Notes under the pieces: generated by a model
The model's input: the letters and a program-made list of their open reading frames with translations, nothing else
What the model was told of the DNA's origin: nothing
Databases searched by the model: none
Made by a program: the position numbers and the translations under genes
In this document: positions 38,335 through 50,704 of the stretch, in pieces
How positions within the stretch are numbered: the first letter of the stretch is position 1
Layout of the letters: each line of letters opens with the position of its first letter
Assembly (NCBI GenBank): GCA_013265495.1
Contig: MU061578.1
Location: 5,095,308-5,159,307, forward strand
Origin: Vicugna vicugna
Taxonomy: Eukaryota
Length of the DNA: 64,000 bases
Direction: 5' to 3'

Positions 38335-40252
38335 GCAAATGTCCCCTGGGAAGGCAGTTCCCTCCAGCCTCATTTATTATACTAAAATAAGTATAATATC
38401 ATTTAATTAGATTGATAACACCTGACCCTGTGCTCCTTCAAAGGCCTGATGCTTCCACTTGTATGATGCTCCCATTCACTCCCCAGCCCCCAACTTTCTC
38501 ACCATCCACACCATCCTCACCATCCTCACCAGCACTAATGTGCTTTCAGACTTATTCTTTCCCTCTGGGAATTTTCCAGAGCCTTGTCCCGGTTCTCCCC
38601 ACAGCCTTCTTTCTTTCCCATACACCCAGATGGATCCATTGTCTGCTCCCAGGATCAAGTGCATATGCACCCTGCCCAGCAGTCCCCACTTTAGGCATCC
38701 TCACCCCAACCTAATGCACCCTGCTTCTCATTTAGGAAGGCTCAGGCCTTCCAGCCTCTGAATGTTTGCTCACAACACCCCTGTGCCTGGAGGCCCTTTA
38801 CTCCTGGTGTCTACAAATCCAGATTCTACGGGTCCTAATCCAGATCAAGCCTAACTGAATGCCTCCTCCTCCTGGCAGCCCTTCTTGCTTGCACCACCCA
38901 TCTGTGAAGCCTGGCTGCCTCTCCTGAGCTCTCTGTCTTCCCATCTGCCTTCACAGAGCTCTGCCCAGCTTGTCCTGGAGGTAGAATCTCATCTCTCCTA
39001 TGGGCCCAAGATCTCCATGAAGGAGGAGCCCACATCCAGAGGGCCTGAGCCCAGGGAATGTATAAAGATCAGGATGAGAGCAGCCATGGGAGCAGTGCTG
39101 ACCAGGAGGGGGTCATGTGGAGACCTTGGATCTGCAGTGTGGGTATCCTTCCAGGGGCTGGGCGAGACAGCCATGGGTGTCAGGCCCCTCCTTCGGGCCA
39201 GGGCCCTCATGCTCCTGTAGCAAGTTACTGGTGGTGATGGGAGAGACCTCAGGCTCTAGGAGGGAACAGCCAGAGGTGAGAGGTGAGGATGGTGCTGACA
39301 GAGATCAGGCCTCTGGTCCCAGCTGTTTGACAGCCAAATCCAGGCTGCTGTTTCCTCTTTGGCAATGACCTTGATTACTCAACCCATCAGGAGCAATCAC
39401 TGTGTTACACACCCTAGCAGAGATGGCATCCCTCAAAGAACGCTGTTATCCTTGGGCCAGGAGGCCAGGAGGGGGAGGCTGGACAGCAAGGCCTGGGGAG
39501 TTCAGCAGGAACCCTCCTCCTCTAGTGGGAAGCCCGGAGGCCTGGCTGAGTTGCAGCCTCGGGTGACCTGGCTCGGCCCTGAGAGGTGACTTGAGGACAG
39601 GGAAGTGAGGTGGCGGCTGGGCTGGCCAGGCTGGCCCAGGAATGCAGGAGAGTTTCCCTGGCAGAGAGCAGCCTGCCCAGCTGGTAGGGAGGGGCCTGGC
39701 AGGTGGGGCCCCCTGGCTGGCACCTGCTAACCCTGACCCAAGATTGGGAGAGGCGATAGGGGTGCAGGACATGCTCCTCCTATACCCTCCCTCTCTGATG
39801 GGAGAAGGAGCCTGCACTCCTGCCCCCTCTGCTCCCTGCTGAGCCCTCGCCAGCCTCCTGAGGCTCCCAGGTTCAGGTGGCTGCTCAGCCACCCCTCCTG
39901 GGCCCGGGTGATGGTGGCCCAGGGATTAGAGCCCATCGGTCCTGAGTTCAGATCCTGAGCACATGCAGCCCTGTTTTTCATCTTGGAGACCAAGATGAGA
40001 GGAAGAAGAAGCACTAAGCCTAGAGCTTGGCCATGGTTGCCCGAGGCAAGGGGAGGGGATCCTGCCTACGTCACTGCCTCCAGGGTCCTCTTGGGCCTGC
40101 ATTCACACCCCCACTTCACTCCCCAGGTGGGAGTTCCCATGGGGACAGGGAGGGGAGGACTGTGCTGCAGCCCCAGGCCTGGCCAGGGAGTGGGGGGCTT
40201 AGCTCCAGCTCCCAGTAGGACAGAGTGGCCCCCTGAAAAGTCTGGGACTCAC

Positions 40253-40301
40253 CAAACCGCAGCAGCAGCAGGAGCAGGGCCAAAGCTGGCACCCGCCTCA
40301 T
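40253..40301 (-). CDS. PRSS27: PRSS27 exon 1 coding part, signal peptide (MRRVPALALLLLLLRF-G)
   Basis: ATG (ACCATGA context) at 40301, leucine-rich signal peptide, G|gtgagt donor. Total CDS 49+27+163+272+170+294 = 975 nt = 324 aa. Confidence 0.92.
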
Positions 40302-40394
40302 GGTCTCAGCCTGGCTGGATTGCCCACCGGGCAGGGGACAGTGGTGGCTGGAGCTCCGTGAGCGCTAGGATGTTCGGGGCTCCATGAAGTGGGG

Positions 40395-40401
40395 TTTTAT
40401 G
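40395..40401 (-). promoter_or_regulatory. PRSS27: TATA-like box (CATAAAA) upstream of PRSS27
   Basis: Single AT-rich element in GC-rich context ~95 nt upstream of the ATG. Confidence 0.5.
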
Positions 40402-41047
40402 CTGGAGATGAGTGTCAGCTCAGCTATGCTGCCGGACCTGTCAGCCTGGCCTGCCCAGTTCCTCTCAGCAGGAAGGAGACAGCCCAGAACCCCAATTCCT
40501 CCATGACCTGCCCTGAACCCCAAGGGCCAGACCCCTCACCCTAAAACACATTAGGGTTTGGGGGCTAGGGTGCATCCGTCCCATTTAGGTGCTTGTGGCA
40601 TGGGGTTCTGCCCTTACTGTGACTGCACCCCCCCAACTGACCACAGGCTCTACACAAGGCGACTGCAGCCCGCCTGTGAGATCCTCCCTGTTTCAGTCAT
40701 TAATTTGGTCCTTCATTCTTATTTCTTGACAACCTACTACGTACCAGGCATCAGTGAATGAAACAATCCAGGACTGGGCTTACATTTTTGAGGGAGGGGG
40801 ATGGACACAGGAGAGTCCAGGTCAGCTGTGTTTATGGTACAAAGAAGAGCAGGGAAGGAGTCTGGAGGCCGGATCCGCAGCTGACCCCAGAGCCCCTCAC
40901 ATGCCCTCCTTCCAGAAATTGGGTCCCAGCTCTTCCCCAAAGCGCAGGTCCCAAGGCCCGCCCCTGGGTGGCCCTGACCGCCCCCTACCCACCCTGGCCC
41001 CTTGGCGGCACCCTCCTCCCTCCGAGCCAGGGGCTGGGGTTGGGGCT

Positions 41048-41091
41048 NNNNNNNNNNNNNNNNNNNNNNNNNNNNNNNNNNNNNNNNNNNN
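41048..41091. other. Assembly gap (44 N) in G-run-rich sequence
   Basis: Run of N between GGGGCTGGGGTTGGGGCT and the CpG island. Confidence 0.99.
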
Positions 41092-41900
41092 CTTCCCGGA
41101 ACCCGCGCCGGGGTGGGCGGGGCGGAAGCTGGTTCTGGGAAGGCCAGGTCGGGATGACAGTCCCCGGGCGTCCCTGCCCTGGGCGCGGCTGGCCGGGTCC
41201 GGGACGTGCGGCCGCCGCGGAAGCGGCTCGGGGAGGAAGTTATTTGGAGCACGAGACTGACGTCAGAGTCGGAGTCGGGGCTTGGGCGGCCGCTCCCCGC
41301 TCGGGTGGCAGTGTCCGGCTGCAACAGGGGCTCGGGCCGGGGCCGGGAACAAGGGCCAGCAGATCCGTCCAGGCCTGGGGTGGGGAGCTTCTTAGTCTCT
41401 CGCCTGAGCAGTGGGTGCGTGCGTGGCCTGGGTGTGCTACCGCGCGCCCCGGGAGGTTGTAGGGGCCGGGTCACTGGCTCCAGGGCTGGGCTAGGTGTCC
41501 GGCAGACCCCTACCCTCTGACCTTGGCCTTCGCGGGCACTACAGGTTAGCGCAGGCCTGCCCTCTAGTGGCTACCGGCAGCAGCGCGGGGCGGGCGGGGA
41601 AGGATGCGGGGGCGGGGGTCTCTCCTCGTCTCTCTGTCCCTCTTCCTCCCATTGCCCCACCACGAGCATTTCCAGCTGTCTGCCGTCCTCTTCTCCTGCC
41701 CGCCCCTACTCATTCTAATTTCACTTCTCCAGTATTCCTGCGAGGGGGAGGGAGCGCCACCCTCAATTCGGGGCTGTCACCGAGGCGCTGGCCCGCCTTC
41801 TCCGGCCCCCTTGCCTCTCCTGTCCCTCCTTCGCGCCCCTCTCCGCGCTGTATCCGGGAGTTCTCGGGTGGGGTGTCTGGGCGAGCTAGCCTCCGTCGGG
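41092..41900. promoter_or_regulatory. CpG island with CRE (TGACGTCA 41258-41265), GC boxes, ETS cores and a CTCF motif (TGCCCTCTAGTGGC 41558-41571)
   Basis: High CpG density; motifs read directly from the sequence; no recognisable coding exon attached. Confidence 0.7.
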
Positions 41901-42529
41901 GAGGGAGGGCAGAAGGATGGGAAGAGGGATTCCAGACACATAAGTCCATTCATTCTGCGAGTATTTTTTGAGGACGTTTGGTACCTAACATTGTTCCAGT
42001 TATGGGGAACATCGAGGTGAACGGTGTGAAGAGATGACAAGACAGAATTTAAGGCAAAAATGCCTAACCATAAACTTTGGAAAGTGTTTCAGAATGTCTG
42101 TGTAACCACATTCCCCAGGCACCTGATAATCAATTCCTTGGAACTCAGAGGCCTTTCAGATTCTGTTGGGTCAACTACTTCTCAGGCATCTTTTGCGGTT
42201 TTCTCTGCCTCTTTTTTTTTTTTTAAAGCCAGTTCTAAGAAGGCTGTGCCTTGAAATCAAGCAAGCAACAGAAGTTAAGATGTGATCAGAAAGTGGGGAT
42301 GCCAGGGAAAGCTGGACTCTTGAAGACTTCAGTGGGTAGAGAAACAGCCCTGTGGTGTCACCTGGACACCCTTGGGCCTGGAACCTGTAGACCCAGTGCT
42401 GAGCAGGGAGCTGGGCGCGGGTGCAGGGTGAGCAGGAAACTAGGTCCCTTTCTTAATCCATCCACCAAACAGATGAGGAGAATTGGAATCCAGAGAGAGT
42501 CAGAGACTTGAATTCCTCCTAAAAAAATA

Positions 42530-43440
42530 GAAATGAAAATTTATCAACAACTCTGGAAGGGAAAGGGTTTTCTAATGTTAGATGTCACATTAGACATCAC
42601 AAAAGAGATATGGCCCATTAGACAAACAAAAAAACTGCCACCAACAATAAACAAAAACAAACAAACAAACAAACAAAAACCCATAAGCAAAATGGGTTTC
42701 AAAATAAAAAGGCAAAGAATAGGGAAAATAGTTTCAGGAAACTTGGCAAAGTGCCAACACCACTATTGTTGAGTGCTTAAGAAATTGATCAGAAAAAGCC
42801 AGAGCCCCTAAAGGTGAAATGAATGGACACAAACAGACAAGTATCCGAAGAGGAAGCCAATTTGGCTAATAGACTTACTGAGAAATATTCAGCCTCAGTA
42901 ATTAAATGCAAATCAAAGTCACAGCAAGGAGATGCCAGTTCTCCTGTGTGGAGTTATCTTGACGTTGGCGGAATGTTGTTAGATGAGGCTGTGGAGAAAT
43001 GCGCCAGCTGGTGGGCATATAACTGGTACAGCCTTCATTAAATCAGTTTGTCAGTCTGTGCTTCAGCTTTTTAAATAGTTATCCCCTTTGACTCAATGAC
43101 TTCGTCTTTGGAAGTCTATTCTAAGAGGAAGATCCTAAATACAGAAAAAGTATTCAGGTGTCAGTGGCCAGGTTGTTTATAATTGCAAAAACATACAAAA
43201 CCCAAAAACTAGTTGGGTGATAGTAATTAACAAACATCCTGTGAATATAATTCATAAAAATTACATTTTCATGGAGGTTGGGTAAATATGAAAAATGTTC
43301 ATGATATAAGAGGAAAATTTAAAAGAGCAGGTATAAAGATTTTTAGAACGTATAATAACTGAAAAAAATTTAATCTCAACACAACAGCAGCAACATCGAA
43401 AAGAGAAGTTTGCAGAATGTTCAGCAGTGACCATCTAAGA
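42530..43440 (+). mobile_element. Ancient L1 (L1M) ORF2 3'-end fragment
   Basis: Decayed L1 3' motifs (aacagacaa...aattaaatgcaaatcaaa...aactggtacagcc...atcccctttgactca). Confidence 0.6.
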
Positions 43441-44043
43441 CGGGCTCTGTAGTCGTGCGGATTTCTTTCAAAAGCAGGTGACAGGAAGCCAGCTGAGATT
43501 CATGGAACACAACAGGTGTTCATGGATCTCTGGTCCTGGTTTGTGGGACCCAGTTTGTGGGACCTTCCTGCGATGCTCCAGTTGAAGGAAGAGCTTCAGG
43601 ACCCAGAAGGTAACAATGGCCTCCCTTATTACCCACAGGACACTCTGCTATTCTCTGGTGGTGACTGCATTCTCCAGTCTCCAAGATGCCCCCTGGAGCC
43701 AGAAACATCTGGGGTCTCTTCCTCAAGGAATGCCAGCTGAGAGGGCTGGAGCTCCTCCTCTTCTCCATTCAATATGAACAATCCCAAAGAAGGACATCAA
43801 TTGTCCCACAGTTGGCCGAGGCTGCTCACAAGGCCACTGTGTGGCCACAGGATAGGTTTGGTTAGCAGAAAGGAGGCAGTGGGAAAGAAACTAGTCAGCA
43901 AGAAGCAATAACCACCGCACTCACTCCAGTATGAGAGTGAAACTTTCACACGTGGAAGTTCTCAGAAAATTTACCCTCTCACCCCATGCATGATTCTTGG
44001 GAAGCCACTAGAGGAAAAATGTTCTCTGACTAAAGAAGGGATA

Positions 44044-44165
44044 GGGGAGGGTATAGCTCAGTGGTAGAGCACATGCTTAGTATGCACGAGGTCCTGGGTT
44101 CAATATCTCCACTATCTCCATTAAAAAAAAAACCTAATTACCTCTTCCCCCAAAATTTTTAAAAG
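44044..44165 (+). mobile_element. tRNA-derived SINE (Vic-1-like)
   Basis: ggggagggtatagctcagtggtagagcacatgcttag...gtcctgggttcaat; A tail; TSD aaagaagggata/aaagaaggaata. Confidence 0.85.
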
Positions 44166-45244
44166 AAAGAAGGAATAAACCAAGAAAGGAAGATATGTAG
44201 GCTGTAGAAAACAGAGATCAAACTCAGAAGAATAGGCAGGGAATCTCTAGGATGCTGGTGAAGGAAGATTCCAGAATGGCAGCTGTCAGTCTAGAGGGCA
44301 GTCTTCACTGGAACCCTGCGACACAAGAGACAGGAATGCTGACATCATCATCATCATCCCCTCTGCCATTGTGCTATATTTTCAATTTGATGAAACTGGA
44401 AGGATGTGCTCCACCAAAACAAGGTGCAAACCAAGAAAGAAGACGTGGGACCCAGGACAGGGAATCCAAATCAGGAGAAAGACAAATGGAATTCCAAGGA
44501 TGACAGTTAAAGGGACATCCCAGGTTGACTGTAGTGCCTAGACAGCAACTATCCCAGAGAAAGGAAAATGGGTATATCAAGAAGAGATGAAAAAGAGAAG
44601 GGGGGACAAAGGAACTGATGTGTTTCCTAATGGGATTGACCTCGTGGAGAATTGGAAAATACGGTTAGGTACAAAGGAAATTAACAACAACAACAAAGGC
44701 AATTATTAACTTCAGGGGAAAAATTGAGAAAGGAAACACAGTACACTGCAGTGCTTGGCCAGTATCCCCCAAAGTCTCATCCCATTATGGCATCAACCAG
44801 ACTTGAGGTCCCAAGTCAACTAATTCAGATTTAGGTTCAGATGAAGCTTCCTGGGCATGGTTCTCTTGATCTGAAAAACTGTGAACTAAAGAGTTCACCT
44901 TGCCCACCATGCAATGGTGAGGAAGGGGCAGGAAAACCATAATCGATAAACCCACACAGAGCAATCACTGGTCCATAGCATTTCTGAAATCTTGCTAAGC
45001 ACATGTACCAATCCCTTCTACTCTGGGAGCTGGGAATGTGTGTTGTCTAGAGAACCTGGGAGTGATTTTTCATTACTCTTAGCTCCACTGTTTGGGCTTT
45101 TGGCCTTGCCTTCTGAATCATCCATGATTTTCCATGAGAAGTGGTTCGTGTCTGTAACTGAATAGCTTTCTCTGCCAACCTGCTCCTTGGCTGTAGAAAG
45201 CTGGGAATCTAAAGAACTGTCCCTTTCATTTCAAGTTCTACAAT

Positions 45245-45760
45245 TTGCTGACTTCTCATCATAAATAATGGAGGACAGTTGACAATGGAACATCTTTAAA
45301 GTGCTGAAATGATGATGGTAATACTTGTCAACTCATAATTCTATATCCAATGAAAACATTCTTCAAGAATGGAGGGGAAATAGACAATTACAGACAAATG
45401 AAAACTAAGAGAATTTATTGCCAGTAGGCCTGTACCATGAAAGAAGCTAAAAGAAGTTTTCAGCCTAGAGATAAGTGATCCAGGGTGACAGAAAGATCTT
45501 CAGAAAGGAATAAGGAGCACTGGAAATGGAAAATATGTAGATAAATATAAAATACTCTCTTTTCTTCTCAAATTCTTGAAAATATATAAGCATTTAAAGC
45601 AAAAACTATATTGTAGGGTCTATAATATATGTAGATATAATAATTTGACAACTGGAGTATGAAGTGCAGGATGAGATAAATGGCCTATATAATTGCAAAT
45701 TTCCTATGTTTTATGTGAATTGTTTTAATATTAACTTTAAGTAGACTGTGAAAAGTTAAT
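45245..45760 (+). mobile_element. Ancient L1 ORF1 3'-end / inter-ORF fragment
   Basis: gacttctcatca...catctttaaagtgctga...aattctatatcca...aaaactaagagaatttattgccagtagg resembles the L1 ORF1 C-terminus. Confidence 0.6.
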
Positions 45761-48700
45761 AATTTCCACTTTTTACATTCATTATTGGGGCATCCTATGT
45801 ATTCAAATCAAACTCCCAGTAGCTGATATCTTATTAGGAACCTGATGTGTTCACTTCTTGGAAGATACCTAACACTCCGGATTTCACTGGTTTGTACAAG
45901 AATTTCCACCCTAGCTAAAAAATATTTTAAAATGGCATACCTGTAATTTATCTCTGACTCTGACCCAGGTAAGAGATGAGACAGTCCATCAATTTTTAAA
46001 ATCCCCTTGATAAATGAAAGTTGACCAGTCTGATCCTTGACACTTATCCTCCTAATTAGTCCTGGGTTGACTGAAAAACTGAATACAAGTTATGTTCCAC
46101 CTGTTTCTCACAGTACTTGTGATCGTTCTCAGACCATTCTGCCTTTCTCCACTGTTTGATATTCAGGTCCTTGAATATTGTCACAAAACCATTGTTCTGA
46201 ACTGGTGTCCAACTAATCACGCTATGTCAAAAAAAAAAAAAGCCTCATGGTCAAATGGTGCTGTTAGAGCTTGTTTTGAGGGGGATTGTGGAGAAATTAT
46301 GATGAGGGAAATTATGCACACCTGGATGAACCAAGAAGGTGCTAATGGAAGGACAAGGGCAGACATCACACGGATATGTCCTATCACCTATGTTTACCAC
46401 ATGACTCTCAAAGTTTTCTCAGAATCCATAAACGACTGGAATTGTTTTCTCTGATACTTCTGGGAGACCTACTCAGGGACAGAATGAATACTTACCTCTC
46501 GGCTAATTAATTGACCTCTCAAAATGTGTGAAATAAACTCATCTTTGCCAGACCATCTAATTTGTTTCTCCTTTTTTCTCTTATAATATTTATAGATTGA
46601 TTCATCTAATTTTATTGAGATATAATTGACAAAAATTTGTAAATATTTAAGATATACAATGTGATGATTTGATATATGTATACATTGTGAAATGATTACC
46701 ACAACCAAGCTAGTTAACATATCCATCATCTACTGTAGTTACCATTTGTGTGTGTGTGTGTATGTGTGTGTGTGTGATGAGAACACTTAAGATCTAATCT
46801 CAGCAAATTTCAACTATACAATACAGTGTTATTTGCTATAATCACAATGCTGTGCATTCGATCTCTAGAACTTATTTATCTTATAACCAGCAGTTTGTAC
46901 CCTTTAACCAACATTTCCTCATTTTCCCCACCCACTATCGCCTGCTACCACCAAGGTACTCTTGGTTCTGAGTTCAGCTTTTTAAGATTCCACATATAAG
47001 TGAGAAAATGCAGTATTTGTATTTCTGTGTCTGACTTATTTCACTAAGCATAATGTACTCCAGGTTCATCCATGTTGTCCCAAACGGCAGGATTTCCTTC
47101 TTTTTAATGACTGAATAATATTCCATTGAATATCTATACCACATTTTCTTTATCCATTCATCCATTGGTGGACACTTAGGTTGCTTCCATATTTGGCTAT
47201 TGTGGATAATTCTGCAATGAACACAGGAATGCGAATATCTTTGAAATACTGATTTCATTTTCTTTGGATATCTACCCAGAAGTGGAATAGCTGGATCATA
47301 TGGTAGCACTATTTTTAATTTTTTGAGGTGCCTCTATACTGTTTTCCATAATGCCTGTATCAACTTACATTCCCACCAACAATTTATGAGGATTCATTTT
47401 TCTCCATACCCTCACCAATACCTGTTAGCTTTTGTCTTTTTAATATTAGCTATCCTAGGTGTGAGGTGATATCTCATTGTCGTTTTCATTTGCATTTTCC
47501 TTATGATTAGTAATGTTGAGCACCTTTTCATACACCTGTTGGACACTGCATATCTTCTTCAGAAAAATGTCTACTTGGGTCCTTTGTCAAGTTTTTAATT
47601 GGGTTATTTATTTATTGCTACTGAGTTATCTGAGTTCCTTGCACATTTGGGATATTTCATATATATATATATATGCATGAATATTGCCACAACACCATTT
47701 TCTGAACTGCTGTCCAACTAATATATATGCTTTGCTAATATTTTCTTCCACTCAGTAGGTTGCCTTTTCATTTTGTTGATTGTTTCTTTTGGTGAGCAGA
47801 AGTTTTTCAGTTTGATGTAGTCTCATTTGTTTATTTTTCCTTTCATTGCCTGTGCTTTTGGTGTCATATACAAAAAAATCATTGTCAAGACCAATGTCAG
47901 GGAGGTTTTCTCCTAGGAGTTTTAGGGTTTCAGGTCTTACATTTAAGTTTTTGCTCCATTTTGAGTTAATTTTGTCTATGGTATAAGGTAAATATCTATT
48001 TCATTCTTTTGATGTTGCTATTTAGTTTTCCCAACATCATTTATTGAATAAACTATCTTTTCCCCGTTGTGTATTCTTGGCACCCTTGTCAAAGATTAGT
48101 TGACTGTATTATTTCTGAGCTCTCTATCCTGTTCCATTGGTATATGTGTCTGTTTTTAGGCCAGTACCATACTGTTTTGATTACTGTTAGCTTTGTAATA
48201 TAGTTTAAAACCAGGAAGTGTGATGCCTTCAGCTTGGTTCTTCATTCTCAGGAATGGTTTGGTCAGTAGAAGACTTCTGTGATTTCATATGAATTTTAGA
48301 ATTGTTTTTTCTACTTCTGTGAAAAATGTCATTAGAATTTTGATAGGGGTTGTATTGAATATGTAGATCCCTTTTAGATCCCTTTAAGTAGTGTGAATAT
48401 TTTAAAAATATTAATTCTTCCAATCAATAAACACTTATCTTTCTATTTAGTTATGTCTTGTTTCAACTTCTTTCCTCAATGCCTTATAGTTTTCAATGTA
48501 CAGAACTTTCATGTTCTTAGTAAGTTTATTCCTAAGAATTTAATTCTTTTTCATACTATTATAAATGGGATGGTTTCTTAATTTCTATTTTCCAGGTAGT
48601 TCATTGTCAGTATATAGAAATGAAACTGAATTTTATATGTTGATTTTGTATCCTACAACTTTACTGAATTTATTTATTAGTTGTAACAGTTTTTTTGGCA

Positions 48701-49362
48701 GAGTCTTTAGAGTTTTTATATATAAGGTTATGTCATTTACACATTTAACTTATTCCTTTCTGATTTTATTACTTGTATTTCTTTTTCTTTTCTAAATGCT
48801 CTGGCTAGGATTTCCAGTACTATGTTGAATAGAAGTGGTGAAAGTAGGTGTCCTTATCTTGTTCTTGATCTAGAGGGATAGCTTTCAGTGTTTCACTGTT
48901 GAATATGATGTTAGCTGTGGGCTTGTCATATATGGTCTTTATTATATTGGGGCAAATTCCTTCTATACCTAATTTGCTGAGAGTTTTTAATCATTAAAAA
49001 ATGTTGAATTTTGTCAAATGCTTTTTCTGCACCTACTGAGATGATTGTATAATTCTTATCCTTCAATCTGTTAATGTGGTGTATCACATTTATTGATTTG
49101 CCCATGCTTAATTATCCTTATATCCCAAGGATAAATTTCACTTGGTCATGCTGTATAATCCTTTAATATGCTGTTGATTTCAGTTTGCTTTTATTTTGTT
49201 GAGGAGTTTTGCGTTTATGTTCATCAGGGATATTGGCCTATAATTTTCTTTTCTTATAGTATCTTTATCTGGTTTTGATATGAGGGTAATTCTGGCCTCA
49301 TAAAATGAGTTTGAAAGTGTTCCCTCCTCTTCAGTTGTTTGGAAGGTTGAGAAAGATTGGCA

Positions 49363-50545
49363 TTTGTTTATTTGTTTGTTTGTTTGTTTCTACTTATTTT
49401 GGCAGGGGAGGGGGAAGTACAGGAGGTTAACAAAACTTTGGTTTCTGCTTGAAAGTGCTTTCCCAAAGAGTGGTGATTCATTCATTACATGTCATCATGG
49501 GGGCACAGAGCTCTCCTGGCTTTCATGAGGTTGAATTTAAGGTAATGTGTGTAATACACATTTTTCTGAAATCCACTGTATTCATGTGGACATATATGAG
49601 GTGTCATTCGTGTTCCTACTCTCATATGAAAGATAGTGGCACTTTGGTTTCAAGAACAAATAAAAAACATCATAAATACAACTTATGTTAGACTTGGGTC
49701 TGGGCTAGTTACTTAAAGATCTATTTAGTAATAATGGTCTCAGATATTTACATGCCCTATGAAGCTGCAATTAACTAAGGGGCTGATTCTAAGAACTATG
49801 TATCCAACAGGGATGAGGGAAGAATTACAAGTCTGGATACCAAGGATAGAGCCAAAAATCAATAATCTCCTGCTTACTTTTTCAGACTCTATAAAGTAGA
49901 GGGAAAGAATAATAAAATTACATGAATAATGATAAATAGAAAGTGCATACAGAATTTGGAAATTTTTTTCATGAAATTTGCCAGTTCAGTAAGATGTTTG
50001 TAAGGAAAATAACAATGCAAGGCAGAAAATTAGTTACATTTTTGCAGTTTTGAACTTCTTGAGAGCAAAAGAATGTTTACCAATCAACTTCCGTGGTTTA
50101 TACTTAATTGTCTTAGGACATGTATTTTGTGACTTGAACATTGATGTTACGCCTTGAAAATTCAAAGCAAAAAAGTAAAATCATGTGGAAAGCCAGGAAC
50201 GTCAATGTATCTAGACAGACGTTTGCTTGTAGGTTTTGGTATCCAAAATCTTTTTTCCCCACACAGAACAGATGCCCTTTTTGTAGGCACAGCCCCGGCA
50301 ATAATGAGAACCCGGTGGTGCACAGCACTTGTACAAATTCTACCAGTGGAGAACTTTTTCTTTTTGTGTGGATCGCATCTTGCTTTTTTGAAGTCAAAGC
50401 TTTATTTTTGTTCAGCTTTCCTCCACTACTTTCTGTGGTATTCTTTGCACCATCTTTCCATGTATCTGGAGTGATAACAGTACCAAATTTCTTTTTGCTT
50501 TTTTCACACATCATCCTTCCATGATGGTTCCTTTAGCCAGGAAAG
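49363..50545 (-). pseudogene. CRIPT: CRIPT processed pseudogene (CDS remnant 50514-50211, long 3' UTR, decayed poly-A tail)
   Basis: MMCEKSKKKFGTVITPDTWKDGAKNTTESSGGKLNKNKALTSK, then after frameshifts PGSHYCRGCAYKKGICSVWGKKILDTKTYKQTSV*. Intronless; 304 nt versus 306 expected (two 1-nt deletions); A-rich tail at 49363-49389. Confidence 0.92.
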
Positions 50546-50704
50546 GAGTGGAAGCTAGTTCTCTGAATGTTTGGTAGGATTCATCCATGAAGCCTTCTGT
50601 TCTTGGGCTTTTGTTGTTGTTGTTGGGAGGTTTGTGATTCCTGCTTCAATGGTTTTACTTGCTATTGGTCCATTCGAGGGTCTATTCCTTCATGATTCAG
50701 TCTT

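Noticed and set aside
40737..41474. Long ORFs (245, 234, 168 aa) across the CpG island
   Set aside because: They span the N gap and reflect stop-codon scarcity in GC-rich DNA.
44044..44120. tRNA-like sequence with A and B boxes (also at 38225, 61121, 61463)
   Set aside because: A-rich tails, TSDs and a broken cloverleaf mark them as SINEs, not tRNA genes.
50141..50524. 127-aa plus-strand ORF
   Set aside because: Antisense shadow of the CRIPT pseudogene.
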